IMG/VR virus record: IMGVR_UViG_3300025675_000001
DNA length: 64,000 nt
Direction: 5' to 3' (one strand)
Source of the DNA: an uncultured virus (IMG/VR IMGVR_UViG_3300025675_000001)
Lineage: Duplodnaviria; Heunggongvirae; Uroviricota; Caudoviricetes; Schitoviridae
How positions within the stretch are numbered: position 1 is the stretch's first letter; the number at the start of each line of letters is the position of its first letter. Shown here piece after piece: positions 40,880-50,421 of the stretch. The notes beneath the pieces were generated by a model. The model was not told the origin of the DNA and did not search any database. It was given only the letters and a program-made list of their open reading frames with translations. Made by a program: the position numbers and the translations under genes.

Positions 40880-41845
40880 TCACAAACATTCGTTCGGCAA
40901 CATCTTGCGATACTGACAGAATCCTTCGAAATTGCCATGTAAATTTGGGTTCATCCAGCCTTCCCGGAAGAGCCCATACTTGGCACCATCCCGATATTCG
41001 TCAGCCTGTGCTACATGTTCACAAGGTGACGCATGTAGGGGTTGAGCGCCGACCAGTTTGTCATGCAGATCGATGGCCCGTTCGATCGTCATTTCGAAAC
41101 CATCGACGGTCTTGTAGGAAGTCGAGGCACATCGGGCGACAGAGAGTTTGCGTGCAAGATCAAGTATCAACTCGACTTCAAACGGACCATAACCTCCGCT
41201 GTAACCGACCCCGAACAGATGATCATGAATACGCTCATGATCATCATCCGTGACGAAGGGGGTGTGCCAGTGCCCGGCTTCCAGAGTTTGGATGTTGTCG
41301 TCACGATCGAGCTGCTCTTTCACCTTTTGAGCCAGGATCTGGATATGCGGTTCGGCATCAGGATGATCCCGTAGGGCGATGAAGTTCGACCACTGGGTCG
41401 AGGAGACCAGCACGGTGATGTGGGCGAAGGGTTCGAGCAGCCGGTTGACGATCTGCTTGTGATAACCGGCGTTCTGGAAGCCTTCGGCCATGCGGACCAT
41501 GTCGTTGCGGGCCATCAGCCAGGCATCTTCTCGGGTGAGATAATCCTCCTCGTCGATCTCATCATCCCAATTCGCCAGGACGAGTTCGTTGCATTCCTCG
41601 AATGCCTGCATGCCCTTCTGGTTCTTGCCCCAGTAGATGGGGATGAAGGGATTCTCCATCACGTCCTGGATCAGTTTGGAAACCGGAATCGCCCGGGAGG
41701 ACGCCGCATTGCGCGAGAACAGCCGATGGGTCATCAGCTCGGCATGGATGCAGCGGGGATAACGCAGCAATAGGGTCGAGAGGATCTTGTCGGGCTGGTC
41801 GGCATGCCGGCTGCGCAGGATCGGGGTGGCGGTGATCGTGGTCAT
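40880..41845 (-). CDS. thyX: FAD-dependent thymidylate synthase
   Basis: ELMTHRLFSRNAASSR, HKQIVNRLLEP, LRDHPDAEPHI and HASPCEH. Confidence 0.88.
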   Translation of the reverse strand: MTTITATPILRSRHADQPDKILSTLLLRYPRCIHAELMTHRLFSRNAASSRAIPVSKLIQDVMENPFIPIYWGKNQKGMQAFEECNELVLANWDDEIDEEDYLTREDAWLMARNDMVRMAEGFQNAGYHKQIVNRLLEPFAHITVLVSSTQWSNFIALRDHPDAEPHIQILAQKVKEQLDRDDNIQTLEAGHWHTPFVTDDDHERIHDHLFGVGYSGGYGPFEVELILDLARKLSVARCASTSYKTVDGFEMTIERAIDLHDKLVGAQPLHASPCEHVAQADEYRDGAKYGLFREGWMNPNLHGNFEGFCQYRKMLPNECL

Positions 41846-42027
41846 GGGCGCCTCGGCTTGGGTTTGAAGGATGAGACCTTGAATGCTCCGGGATCCGTTC
41901 GAAGTATTTGGGTCGGGTAAAATTCACCATGGATGTTGTCGCGAACCGCCCAGCGTGCATATGCAGCGGAACAGGGCTTGTCGAAGCGAACACGGATGAT
42001 GAATTCATGGGTTTTTTGTTTTGCCAT
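41842..42027 (-). CDS. Small hypothetical protein
   Basis: MAKQKTHEF start with GAGG RBS; overlaps the thyX start. Confidence 0.55.
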   Translation of the reverse strand: MAKQKTHEFIIRVRFDKPCSAAYARWAVRDNIHGEFYPTQILRTDPGAFKVSSFKPKPRRP

Positions 42028-42034
42028 GGGTGCC

Positions 42035-43102
42035 TCAATCAGTACGACCGATATCCACCGCCACGGGGAAGCGGGGAATGCCATCGGGAGTGAGCGCGAA
42101 ATAGCGCACGGTGGCCTTTTGGCCGATGAAGGCGGCCTGGTCGGCGAGGAGCTTCTGGGCCTGGGCCTGGTTGCCCTTGATGCCGGCGCCGAAGGTGCGC
42201 CCGTCAGGCAGCTTGCAGGTCAGGCGCTTGGCATAGCCGGCCCAGTTGCCGTTGCCTTCGTCCACCGAGACGATCTCGAACTCGGCATCGAGGAATTCCT
42301 TGCGCTTGAGCAGACCCTTGGAGCGCTTCTGCTCATAGGGTCGATCCAGACGCACCATCTGCCCCTCGTAGCGATTGGCCAGGAACTTCTCGTAGAGCCG
42401 ATCGAGGATGTCCTGCGAGGTGGCGTGATGGGTCTCCACCGTGGTCACCTTGGGATGATATCCGAACAGGGTCTTGTGGAGCGCGGTGTAACGGGTGGCG
42501 AAGCCATACGGACACGAGGGCAGATCGTAGATGTGATACTCGATCAGCTTGTTGGAGAGCCGGACCTGTTCGTCGCTGGGATTCTGCTTGCGCACGATCG
42601 AGGCGATCTGATTGAAATCGTCATGGAGCTCATGGTTGTAGAGCTCGCCGTCGAAGACGATCCCGGGATCCTGGTCGAAGATCGGAGCCAGGGCCTCGAC
42701 GATGTGCGGTACCCCGAAGATCTGCTTGCCCTGACGGGAGAACAGCCCCTTGGCCGTGGCGATGCAGCGAATGCCATCGAGCTTGGGCTGGCAGAAGACC
42801 GGATAGGTCACCGCCTCGTATTTCTGGGCCAGCATGGGCTTGAAGAAATTCGGGGTGTCGATGGTATCGACGCTCGCATGGTAATCCCGCTCGAGCTTCT
42901 TGTTGCGCTCGGCATTGGCCTCGAAACGGGCCTGTTCCATGCCCGTCTCCTGGGATTTCGGCTCGCAGGTAGTCCAGCCGGAGACGACCATGGCACCATT
43001 CATGATGCCGGCATGGGTACGCCACTGATTGCCTTGGAGCTCGTATTTCCAGACCCGGATCTTGCCGAGGGAATCGCGCTTGTAGATGGGAGCACTGAAC
43101 AT
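42035..43102 (-). CDS. ATP-dependent DNA ligase
   Basis: QPKLDGIR (motif I), FDGELY, YEGQMVR, LLKRK and GIPRFP. Confidence 0.92.
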   Translation of the reverse strand: MFSAPIYKRDSLGKIRVWKYELQGNQWRTHAGIMNGAMVVSGWTTCEPKSQETGMEQARFEANAERNKKLERDYHASVDTIDTPNFFKPMLAQKYEAVTYPVFCQPKLDGIRCIATAKGLFSRQGKQIFGVPHIVEALAPIFDQDPGIVFDGELYNHELHDDFNQIASIVRKQNPSDEQVRLSNKLIEYHIYDLPSCPYGFATRYTALHKTLFGYHPKVTTVETHHATSQDILDRLYEKFLANRYEGQMVRLDRPYEQKRSKGLLKRKEFLDAEFEIVSVDEGNGNWAGYAKRLTCKLPDGRTFGAGIKGNQAQAQKLLADQAAFIGQKATVRYFALTPDGIPRFPVAVDIGRTD

Positions 43103-43140
43103 GAGCAGGTTCCTGTGAAGGTGGGGATGTGGGTATGTGG

Positions 43141-43587
43141 TCAGGTGAGAATGGCAGCTACAGGTCTGTCGGGTTGGTCGGAATATTTCCCGTCATAGGC
43201 CGCCGAGACCGTGACCTGGTGGAAGATCACCTGGGCAATGCCGGCGCCGGCCGGAATCTTCAGGATACCCCAGCCGTGATAGACCAGCTCCAGGGTGAGG
43301 AATCCGGTCCATCCGGGTTCGATCACGGTGTTGAACACCGAGAGCTTGCGCCGTGCCCAGGTGGACTTGTCATGCACGATCGCCGAGAGCGTCGGCGGCA
43401 TGCGGAACTTCTCGACGGAGGACGCCAGGGAGAAGCGCTTGAACGGGTGCAGCACGACATCCTGCTTGATGCGGATGTCATAGCCGGTTTCGGACATGCC
43501 CCAGCTGACGCCATGTCCCTTCATCTTGGTGGGAAACATGGGGCTGAGCGGTTCTGCACGATGCAGCTCATGACGGTTGACGATCAT
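43141..43587 (-). CDS. dcd: dCTP deaminase
   Basis: GYDIR, DKSTWAR, NTVIEPGWTGFLTLE, IAQVIF and YDGKY. Confidence 0.9.
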   Translation of the reverse strand: MIVNRHELHRAEPLSPMFPTKMKGHGVSWGMSETGYDIRIKQDVVLHPFKRFSLASSVEKFRMPPTLSAIVHDKSTWARRKLSVFNTVIEPGWTGFLTLELVYHGWGILKIPAGAGIAQVIFHQVTVSAAYDGKYSDQPDRPVAAILT

Positions 43588-43780
43588 GGTTCTCTCCTGG
43601 TTCGAAAAGAAGATGGTCCCCCCGCCCAACCGGAATGGCTCCGGAGGGGAGGGGGGGTCGGTACTCTCCCGATTGTCACGCCCAAGGTGTCGCACTGTTG
43701 CTTGGTCCTCACCGCTAAACCGGCGCCGGTGCAGATTGGACCTCATGCTGGGTTCAGGACGTTTTCCCGCTGCCTCGGCC

Positions 43781-44983
43781 TCACTCGCGCAGATGAACCA
43801 GGGTGCCCATATTGACCTTGGCCTTGCTGCTGGCGTTGAGGGCGATCCAGATAATCGGGATGTTCATGTTGCCGGGAAGCGGCTCCATGGGGGCGCATTC
43901 CAGATCGGAGAAGACCACCACGGCTGTCGGATTATGCTGGAGGATGTGCTCGCGCACGGGAACCAGAGAGGTACCGCCTCGACCAACGACATGGGTCTCC
44001 ACGAAAGGATCCTCCTTGTGGAAGACCTTTTCCTGGGTGATCCGGGTATCGAACTGGACCATGGTCATCTTTTCCGGTTCGAAATGCTCCTTGACGTACT
44101 TGAACTCGGAGTGGAACCGGATGATGTCGCCGTCAGAGATCGATCCCGACACGTCGAGATAATAGATCAGGTGGTCGAGACCACCGTCATCATCGATCAG
44201 GGACGGCAGGTACATGTCCGGATAGCGCCGGTTGGGTCGGGCCCAGCTGTAATCCTGATTGGCCAACTCATTGAAGAAGTTGAACAGGATCTGCTCCCAG
44301 GGCAGCTTGGGCGCCAGGAAGCGTTTCAGCATGAGCTCGACTTCGCCCGGAACTGATCCGGATCCGCTCATGCCCGCCGCGTGAGAGGCGCCCACGACAT
44401 TGTTCAGGATGATGTTGCCGATGCTGGTGGCTTCAGCGGGATCATCCGGAATGATGATGTCATCCGTGGTGCCCTGGCCCGTGAACGGGTTTGTCCATTG
44501 CGGGTTCTGGAACATGGCCAGTTCCGCGTCGAGCTTGTTCTTGAGGTCGTCATAGACCTCCTCGGTGGACATGCCATCGTATTTGTGGTCGAGCCAGGGC
44601 TTGAAGCTGCCGAAGGTGTAACCCTCATCGTCGAGCATGTTGTTGATCACGATGTCGGCCGCCCAGTTCCAGAGCTTGGGGTGCCGATCGCCCCGACGCA
44701 GGGGATGCAACAGGGCAGGATGCCAGAGCTCATGCAGGAGGATGGTCTGGCGCACTTCCGGCTTCAGCGACAGATAGAAGTGCGGATTCCACCACAGCGT
44801 GATGCCGTTGGTGCAGGCCGTGTCGATGTCCTCCGTCCAGGCGAAGTTCATCGAGCACATTAGCGGACCCAGGAAAGCAGCACTCTTGCCCAGGAAGACC
44901 GAGGTCTTGGTTCGGTCGAAAAGCCGGTCGAGCAGATCGTAATCCAGCTCAGGCGGCGGCTGCGTCATCTTCGATGGTGTCAT
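43781..44983 (-). CDS. Metallopeptidase-VWA domain protein (N4 gp25-like)
   Basis: TACTNG, HELWH, WNWAADIVIN, DVSGS MIDAS and GRGGT. Confidence 0.88.
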   Translation of the reverse strand: MTPSKMTQPPPELDYDLLDRLFDRTKTSVFLGKSAAFLGPLMCSMNFAWTEDIDTACTNGITLWWNPHFYLSLKPEVRQTILLHELWHPALLHPLRRGDRHPKLWNWAADIVINNMLDDEGYTFGSFKPWLDHKYDGMSTEEVYDDLKNKLDAELAMFQNPQWTNPFTGQGTTDDIIIPDDPAEATSIGNIILNNVVGASHAAGMSGSGSVPGEVELMLKRFLAPKLPWEQILFNFFNELANQDYSWARPNRRYPDMYLPSLIDDDGGLDHLIYYLDVSGSISDGDIIRFHSEFKYVKEHFEPEKMTMVQFDTRITQEKVFHKEDPFVETHVVGRGGTSLVPVREHILQHNPTAVVVFSDLECAPMEPLPGNMNIPIIWIALNASSKAKVNMGTLVHLRE

Positions 44984-46013
44984 GGAGATGCCTCGAGAGT
45001 TCGACCATAGCCTTGCGGAAAGCCTGGTGCTTCTTCAGCTCGGGCTTCTGAACCAGGAGCCCACGGAAGAACAGCACCCGGAATTCGAGCGGCAGTCGGT
45101 TTACATAGGTGGCCACCTGGTCGAAATCGCCATCAGAGACAAACTCGATCAGATGCGTGACAGTGGCGTAACGGGTCGGTGGATCCCCTGGCAGCGTTGT
45201 GCCTTCGGGATCCTTGATGATGGTCTCGAACTTGGGGAGGTTCTCGTAGACCTTGGTGAACTGGATGAAGTCCACCGCCACACCCGAGGTGATGGTGCCG
45301 GCATAGAGCGGCGCCTCTTCCTCGAGGACTGGACGCCCCTTGATCAGCTTGTTCAGGAACTCCCAGGTGCGCGGGGCACAGAAGGTCTTGTCGTTGTGAT
45401 CAGGGCGGAAATCGTGCAGGAGACCGGGCTTGTAGTTCAGGAAGGCGATGATCCGGCTATCCCAATGCTGCTTGAAGGCCACGTCTTCCATGAACTCCCG
45501 GTGGTTGAGCTCCATGGTCAGGTGAACCAGGCGGCTCTGCATGGCTGTCGAGATCGGATTGACGATGGCCCGGTCCGTGGACAGGTTGCCGGCACAGACG
45601 ATGATCACGTTGGGATGCAGCTTGTACTGACCGACCATGCGATCAAGCACCAGCTTGTAGGCGGCAGCCTGAACCATCTTGGGGGCCGAATTGAACTCGT
45701 CGAGGAACAGGAGCCAGCCGGACTTGCCCTCCGGTAACGGTGTGCCCTCGACCGGGAACATCTCGAAAGGCAGGAACCTGGCGAAATACTCGCCGAGCTT
45801 GGGCAGGCCGGTGAGATCTTCCGGCGCCGAGGTGGACAGTCGGTGATCGATCATTTCCAGGTTATATTCCTGGGCGATCGAACCGACGATGGCACTCTTG
45901 CCCATGGCCGGCGAGGACTGGATGAAAACCACCAGTCCCGACACCATGCAGCGTAGAATGAATTTGCGCGTCTGACGGGGTGTGCAGACGAAAGCGGAAA
46001 GGCCAGAGCTCAT
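44949..46013 (-). CDS. AAA+ (MoxR-like) ATPase (N4 gp24-like)
   Basis: SSPAMGKS, LFLDEFNSA, CAGN and PRTW. Confidence 0.88.
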   Translation of the reverse strand: MSSGLSAFVCTPRQTRKFILRCMVSGLVVFIQSSPAMGKSAIVGSIAQEYNLEMIDHRLSTSAPEDLTGLPKLGEYFARFLPFEMFPVEGTPLPEGKSGWLLFLDEFNSAPKMVQAAAYKLVLDRMVGQYKLHPNVIIVCAGNLSTDRAIVNPISTAMQSRLVHLTMELNHREFMEDVAFKQHWDSRIIAFLNYKPGLLHDFRPDHNDKTFCAPRTWEFLNKLIKGRPVLEEEAPLYAGTITSGVAVDFIQFTKVYENLPKFETIIKDPEGTTLPGDPPTRYATVTHLIEFVSDGDFDQVATYVNRLPLEFRVLFFRGLLVQKPELKKHQAFRKAMVELSRHLHDTIEDDAAAA

Positions 46014-46061
46014 GAAGCTCTCCTCCTGGTTCAGGGTTGGGTTTTGCTCGAAGGGGTGTGT

Positions 46062-46400
46062 CTACAGATCGAGATGCGCGAAGGGCTTGTGCATCTTGAG
46101 GATGACGGCCTTGGTCTGATCGTCACGATCATCCAGGTCCGACAAAAGCCGCTGCCAAGGCTGTCGGCGCTGAATCGGGCGGATGCAGAATTCCATGCCG
46201 AGAACAGCGAGTGCCGCTTCCATGTTGGTGATGGTGGCAGAGATACGTCCGTTCTTCCACCCGTAGAAATTGTTGACGTGGATCCCGGCTTTTTCAGCCA
46301 CGATCGGACGTGGGACACCGCTATGGTCGAGAATCTCGAAGAAGTCGCGGGTCGCTTTGGAGGCGGTTTTGGATTCCGCTGGAACCTTGATGCGGCGCAT
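46062..46400 (-). CDS. XRE/Cro-CI-like HTH transcriptional regulator
   Basis: IVAEKAGIHVNNFYGWKNGRISATITNMEAALAVLG; has its own ~280-bp AT-rich upstream region. Confidence 0.75.
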   Translation of the reverse strand: MRRIKVPAESKTASKATRDFFEILDHSGVPRPIVAEKAGIHVNNFYGWKNGRISATITNMEAALAVLGMEFCIRPIQRRQPWQRLLSDLDDRDDQTKAVILKMHKPFAHLDL

Positions 46401-46617
46401 TGTCGCTTCCCTCACTATTTTAGATTTCGTGAAGCATTTATCCGAAGGTATATGCTTCTAATTGTGCCGGTTGTGAGCGGCGGTTATTTCGAAAGTGGGT
46501 TTGTTTGCAGTGTGTTTTGAAAGACCGACCAAAAATTTGGTAGGAAACACAAGGTTTTTGGCGGAAATGTCGCCTTGTTTATTGAAAATCCGAGACCATT
46601 TGACATGGATTTTTAAC

Positions 46618-46659
46618 GGAAGGGAACTGGGATTTAGACAAAATCTTTAGTTCCCTTCC
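46618..46659. other. Long inverted repeat between RNAP2 and HTH regulator
   Basis: GGAAGGGAACT...AGTTCCCTTCC. Confidence 0.6.
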
Positions 46660-46702
46660 TATTTTAGTACATATTGTAGAACTACCTCAGACCAAGGTCG
46701 GA

Positions 46703-47908
46703 TCACGACAGGGCATAGTTGGCCTGGTAGACATCCCGATGGAGCTGGGGATCGAGCTTCTGCACATGAATCCATCGTCCCGTGATCTGGGAAACCAGAT
46801 TGCTGAGCAGTTCGCTCTGTGCCAGTTTGGCCAACAGGTAATTGTACTGTTTGCGCAGATCATTGCCGTGGTTCGGCAGGCAGCGGAAGCAGTCATGCAC
46901 GGTCATGATCTGGAAGGGCTTGTAAGGCAGATCCAGCAGCATCAGCTGGATCGGCTCCGGATCGACCAGGCCGAGATTCTCGATGTCGAGACAGTTCAGG
47001 ATCCGGGCCGAGAGAAAGCCGGTCTGCTCGTAATGCACCCAGAGTTTGAGAGCCAGCTGGTCCTTCTCACGGCGCAGGGAACGTCCACCTGCACCGCGCA
47101 TGATGAGGCGTTCCAGTTCCTTGACGTGGGCATGGTCGTAATTGCAGCGGCGCTGCATCTCACGCACGATCATCCCGTCGATGGAATGGACCATGTTTGC
47201 CCCCAGAGAACGACCCTGTTCGGTCGGCTGGTTGATCCGATAGGAGACCTCGAAGGGCTGGTTCAGGAAGTGGACCGTCTCGGTGACCCGGTCCATCACC
47301 TTGATGTGGACATGGAAGTTGTCCGGCAGGATCCAGTCGTTGCTGTGGGCCGTCGGATCCCAGATGGCGAGCATGGCCTCGTTGATCTGCCAGGCGCCCG
47401 GGGCCATGTCCTGCAGGGTGGCGTAGAAGGTCTCGAGCAGAATACCCTCGCCGAACACATCGCGTGGCACGGCGGTGGATCCATAGAACGAGGTCATGAT
47501 CGCCTGTTTGGTGAGCTTGCGATCGATCTTGGCGTTCTCGCCCAGCCTGTCCACCATCTCCTCATAGACCTCGACATAGGCATCAGCCCGCTTGCCGGTA
47601 TCGACCACATTGCAGATCTCGGCAGCCTTGCGATCACCGGCCAGAACGGCCAGGATCTGGATTCCCGAACAGGTGGCATCGAGCGAGACCGGATAGCCTG
47701 AGGCATGGCCGGCCTTGGCGTCTTCCCAGGCCCGGATGCCGGCATAGAACAGGGCGGGATTCTCCGCCTTAGGAACCAGAGAGGAAAGCTGGGCCTCGTT
47801 GGCATCGAACCAGGCGATGCGCTCATCCCAGGTGAGTTTGTCGAGGCCGAAATTGCCGGCCACGTCGATCTTGAGGTATTCCTTGCCGGTGAATGTCTGG
47901 AAGGTCAT
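46703..47908 (-). CDS. RNA polymerase II subunit 2 (N4 gp16-like)
   Basis: LDATCSGIQ (A), RKLTKQAIMTSFYG (B), ANMVHSIDG and VHDCF (C). Confidence 0.95.
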   Translation of the reverse strand: MTFQTFTGKEYLKIDVAGNFGLDKLTWDERIAWFDANEAQLSSLVPKAENPALFYAGIRAWEDAKAGHASGYPVSLDATCSGIQILAVLAGDRKAAEICNVVDTGKRADAYVEVYEEMVDRLGENAKIDRKLTKQAIMTSFYGSTAVPRDVFGEGILLETFYATLQDMAPGAWQINEAMLAIWDPTAHSNDWILPDNFHVHIKVMDRVTETVHFLNQPFEVSYRINQPTEQGRSLGANMVHSIDGMIVREMQRRCNYDHAHVKELERLIMRGAGGRSLRREKDQLALKLWVHYEQTGFLSARILNCLDIENLGLVDPEPIQLMLLDLPYKPFQIMTVHDCFRCLPNHGNDLRKQYNYLLAKLAQSELLSNLVSQITGRWIHVQKLDPQLHRDVYQANYALS

Positions 47909-47956
47909 GGTGGTAGCTCCTTCAGATGTGGTTTCGCAGGAATGTGGGTTTGTGGT

Positions 47957-48133
47957 TCAGTGGGTCGTGATCGGCGTGATCTCGAGGATGTAGCAATCCT
48001 CGTAGAACTCGGGATCATCAGCGATCTCGGCCTCAGCTTCCTCGAGGGAATTGAACATGATCGGCTCGTCGTTCTCATGGACGGAGACCGGACCCTGACA
48101 GATCGTGTCGAAGACGATGGTGTAGCGAGGCAT
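47957..48133 (-). CDS. Small acidic hypothetical protein (58 aa)
   Basis: Hand-translated MPRYTIVFDTICQGPVSVHENDEPIMFNSLEEAEAEIADDPEFYEDCYILEITPITTH; GAGGAG RBS. Confidence 0.6.
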   Translation of the reverse strand: MPRYTIVFDTICQGPVSVHENDEPIMFNSLEEAEAEIADDPEFYEDCYILEITPITTH

Positions 48134-48150
48134 GCGGTTTCTCCTCTGGT

Positions 48151-48558
48151 TCAGCCCGGCAACGGGATCGGTTCGCCGGCATTGTAGTCCGTACAGATCG
48201 GAGGGTCGCCAATATAGAGCAGCTTTTCCGAATGCTCGGAGTCTCTTTGTTCGATATCAGTGGGATCTTCCCCGATACGGACGAACTCATAAAACAGCCC
48301 GGCTTCTTCGGCGGCCTCTATGAAGGTTTCCCAGGCATCCACCGCTTCGAAATCACCATACCATTTGCCCTGGGTATGCAGATCCAGGACATGCAAGGGT
48401 TCGGGTCTGTCACGAAGGGACACGGGGTAACGGGTCAGAACATGCTTGAAGTGTTTGAGCACCGGGTTTGAGCAGATGTAGAGCTGCTCTGTCAGGAATG
48501 CTTCGAGGGTGTCCTGTGAACCGTAAATGATACAACGCACTCTGCTGATATAACCCAT
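48151..48558 (-). CDS. Hypothetical phage protein
   Basis: MGY.S start, KWY and FVRIGEDPTD; AAGGAGG RBS. Confidence 0.65.
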   Translation of the reverse strand: MGYISRVRCIIYGSQDTLEAFLTEQLYICSNPVLKHFKHVLTRYPVSLRDRPEPLHVLDLHTQGKWYGDFEAVDAWETFIEAAEEAGLFYEFVRIGEDPTDIEQRDSEHSEKLLYIGDPPICTDYNAGEPIPLPG

Positions 48559-48574
48559 GGGTTCCTCCTTTGGT

Positions 48575-48853
48575 TCAGTAGAGATACAGGAGGGCACGAA
48601 AGAAATCGGCGTCCTCCTGGAGAATGAACCAGACTCCCTTTTTGCCAAGCTCGCGTCGGCGCCAGGCTTTCTGCCCGGTATAGAGCAGTTCGATATGCTC
48701 GTTAAGAATCTCGACGACCTGGTCGGCTTTTGAAGGCGGGATCTCGACGAAGGGAAAGTGGGTATCCAGGTAGAGATAATCGAAATGGCCGTTGGGGTTG
48801 CGGCCCATGCGCCAGGGATCGATGTCGAGATCGATGCGCAGATCTTCGCTCAT
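48575..48853 (-). CDS. Hypothetical protein
   Basis: 92 aa, AGGAG RBS, tightly packed in the operon. Confidence 0.6.
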   Translation of the reverse strand: MSEDLRIDLDIDPWRMGRNPNGHFDYLYLDTHFPFVEIPPSKADQVVEILNEHIELLYTGQKAWRRRELGKKGVWFILQEDADFFRALLYLY

Positions 48854-48856
48854 GTG

Positions 48857-49060
48857 TCACTCCTGACGGGGCGGCATGAAGTGTTTGGCTTCACCCTCGA
48901 AACCACAGGCATCACACAGGGTGAAGGATTCGGATCCCCAGGAGTGATCACCGACCACATCGGATCCGTCCGGGAGCAGATGAATCGTGACCTCGGCGGC
49001 GATCTTGATCTGATCCGTGGCACCGCATTGGGGACACCGCATATCGAACTGGTTGGACAT
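48857..49060 (-). CDS. Small zinc-ribbon protein
   Basis: CPQC...CDAC; GAGGAG RBS. Confidence 0.65.
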   Translation of the reverse strand: MSNQFDMRCPQCGATDQIKIAAEVTIHLLPDGSDVVGDHSWGSESFTLCDACGFEGEAKHFMPPRQE

Positions 49061-49086
49061 TGGATTTCTCCTCTGGTTCAAGCACG

Positions 49087-49174
49087 AAAAACCCCCGACC
49101 GGTGGCCGGGGGTTTTGGTTCCATAAGATACCTTATGCGAAACAAAAAGGCTCCCCCGAGGGATCGAGGAAGCC
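49087..49174 (-). terminator. Two tandem terminator-like hairpins
   Basis: AAAAACCCCCG...CGGGGGTTTT and AAAAAGGCT...AGCC. Confidence 0.65.
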
Positions 49175-49238
49175 TTCTCGCGATACAGGACCATGGTGAA
49201 GCCCAAGAGTGCCTCCAACGGGGTGATTTGTCAACGGA

Positions 49239-49604
49239 TCACGAGCAGCCCGTGGTGGAGCCACAGGTGTCGCATTTGAGGCAGGTGCCATTGCGCACCA
49301 TGGTGAAGTTCCCGCACATCGTGCAGGCCACGCCCTCGTACCCTTTCATCTGGGCGATCTGGCGCTGGGTGGTGAGATCCACGACAGGCGCTGGTGCGGG
49401 TTCCGGCTTTCGCTCGGGTTCCGGTGCCGGCAGAGCCGCCTGGGCTTGCCGGGCCTTCTCCTCGGCATCGGCCCGTTTGACCATCTTGTCGAGGGTCTCG
49501 CTGGCCCGAATGGTATCGATCGAAGTGATGCCGCCCTTGGATTCGTCGATGCGGAAGAAGCGCACCATGCGTCGGGCAGCGGAGAGCAGCGTTTCCTCGC
49601 TCAT
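49239..49604 (-). CDS. 121-aa protein ending in an NrdJ-like C-terminal Cys tail
   Basis: Ends ...AQMKGYEGVACTMCGNFTMVRNGTCLKCDTCGSTTGCS; AAGGAG RBS. Confidence 0.7.
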   Translation of the reverse strand: MSEETLLSAARRMVRFFRIDESKGGITSIDTIRASETLDKMVKRADAEEKARQAQAALPAPEPERKPEPAPAPVVDLTTQRQIAQMKGYEGVACTMCGNFTMVRNGTCLKCDTCGSTTGCS

Positions 49605-50008
49605 GCGGTGTTCTCCTTGATTTTGCTCATCTCGATCGAGGCCGAGAGCTTGCGGTGATGGCGCAGGTTCTTGAAGATATCGACCCGGTCCATGTATTCC
49701 TCTGCGGCTTCCCGGGTGGGAAACAGGATCGGGATGACGGCGATGTTGCGGTATTGGCGCCAGAGGGCATTCTTCCAGGCCCGCTTCTTGTCGAAGCGGA
49801 TCTCGCGTGGTCCATCGACCTGACGCCATTGCAGTTTGATGTAATACCGTCGTTGAGAACGGATGATCTTATCAGCCAGATCATCAGCCAGCTTTTCCGC
49901 GTAACATCGAGTACGGTCTTTTTTGATGGCATCATGGTAGACTTCAGCGCAGGCCATGTAACCCTGATCGTTGTTACGCATTCGCCACTTCCAGTTCACG
50001 TAGATCAT
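49601..50008 (-). CDS. Hypothetical protein
   Basis: 135 aa; ATGA-coupled at both ends. Confidence 0.6.
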   Translation of the reverse strand: MIYVNWKWRMRNNDQGYMACAEVYHDAIKKDRTRCYAEKLADDLADKIIRSQRRYYIKLQWRQVDGPREIRFDKKRAWKNALWRQYRNIAVIPILFPTREAAEEYMDRVDIFKNLRHHRKLSASIEMSKIKENTA

Positions 50009-50421
50009 GACACGACCTCCCCCAGGAACCGGGAGGCTTTCTGTTGCATCTCCTCGGCTTCCTCGAGAGCGCGCTCGATGGCACTATCGTCGTCGTCGAA
50101 CATGCCCTTCATCTGGGCCATCTGGTCGGTGCATTGCGCCAGAGCCGCTTGCAGACCCCGGATGATGTCGATTTCGTTGTTGAGCAGGTGCGGTGAGTCC
50201 AGAAATTGAAGCGCACGGATCAGGTTTTTCCGGTGTGTGATGATCTGCTCGGCAGCAACACCCAGATCGTAATCTTCGACCACATTGTTCTTCAGCAGGA
50301 TTTCTGCCAGATCCCGTCTGATGAAACTTTCGCGCGCCTCGTCTTCTGTGGGGAAAGGTTGATGATCCACCCCCAGATAGACAATCTGGCTCTGGCACTG
50401 AACAGGGTAATAGGCTTTCAT
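50005..50421 (-). CDS. Hypothetical protein
   Basis: MKAYYPVQ start, ATGA-coupled to the RNAP1 stop. Confidence 0.6.
   Translation of the reverse strand: MKAYYPVQCQSQIVYLGVDHQPFPTEDEARESFIRRDLAEILLKNNVVEDYDLGVAAEQIITHRKNLIRALQFLDSPHLLNNEIDIIRGLQAALAQCTDQMAQMKGMFDDDDSAIERALEEAEEMQQKASRFLGEVVS

Noticed and set aside
35227..47701. Long + strand ORFs opposite replication genes (35227-36891, 41933-43198, 46739-47701)
   Set aside because: Antisense shadows of polymerase, ligase and RNAP2.
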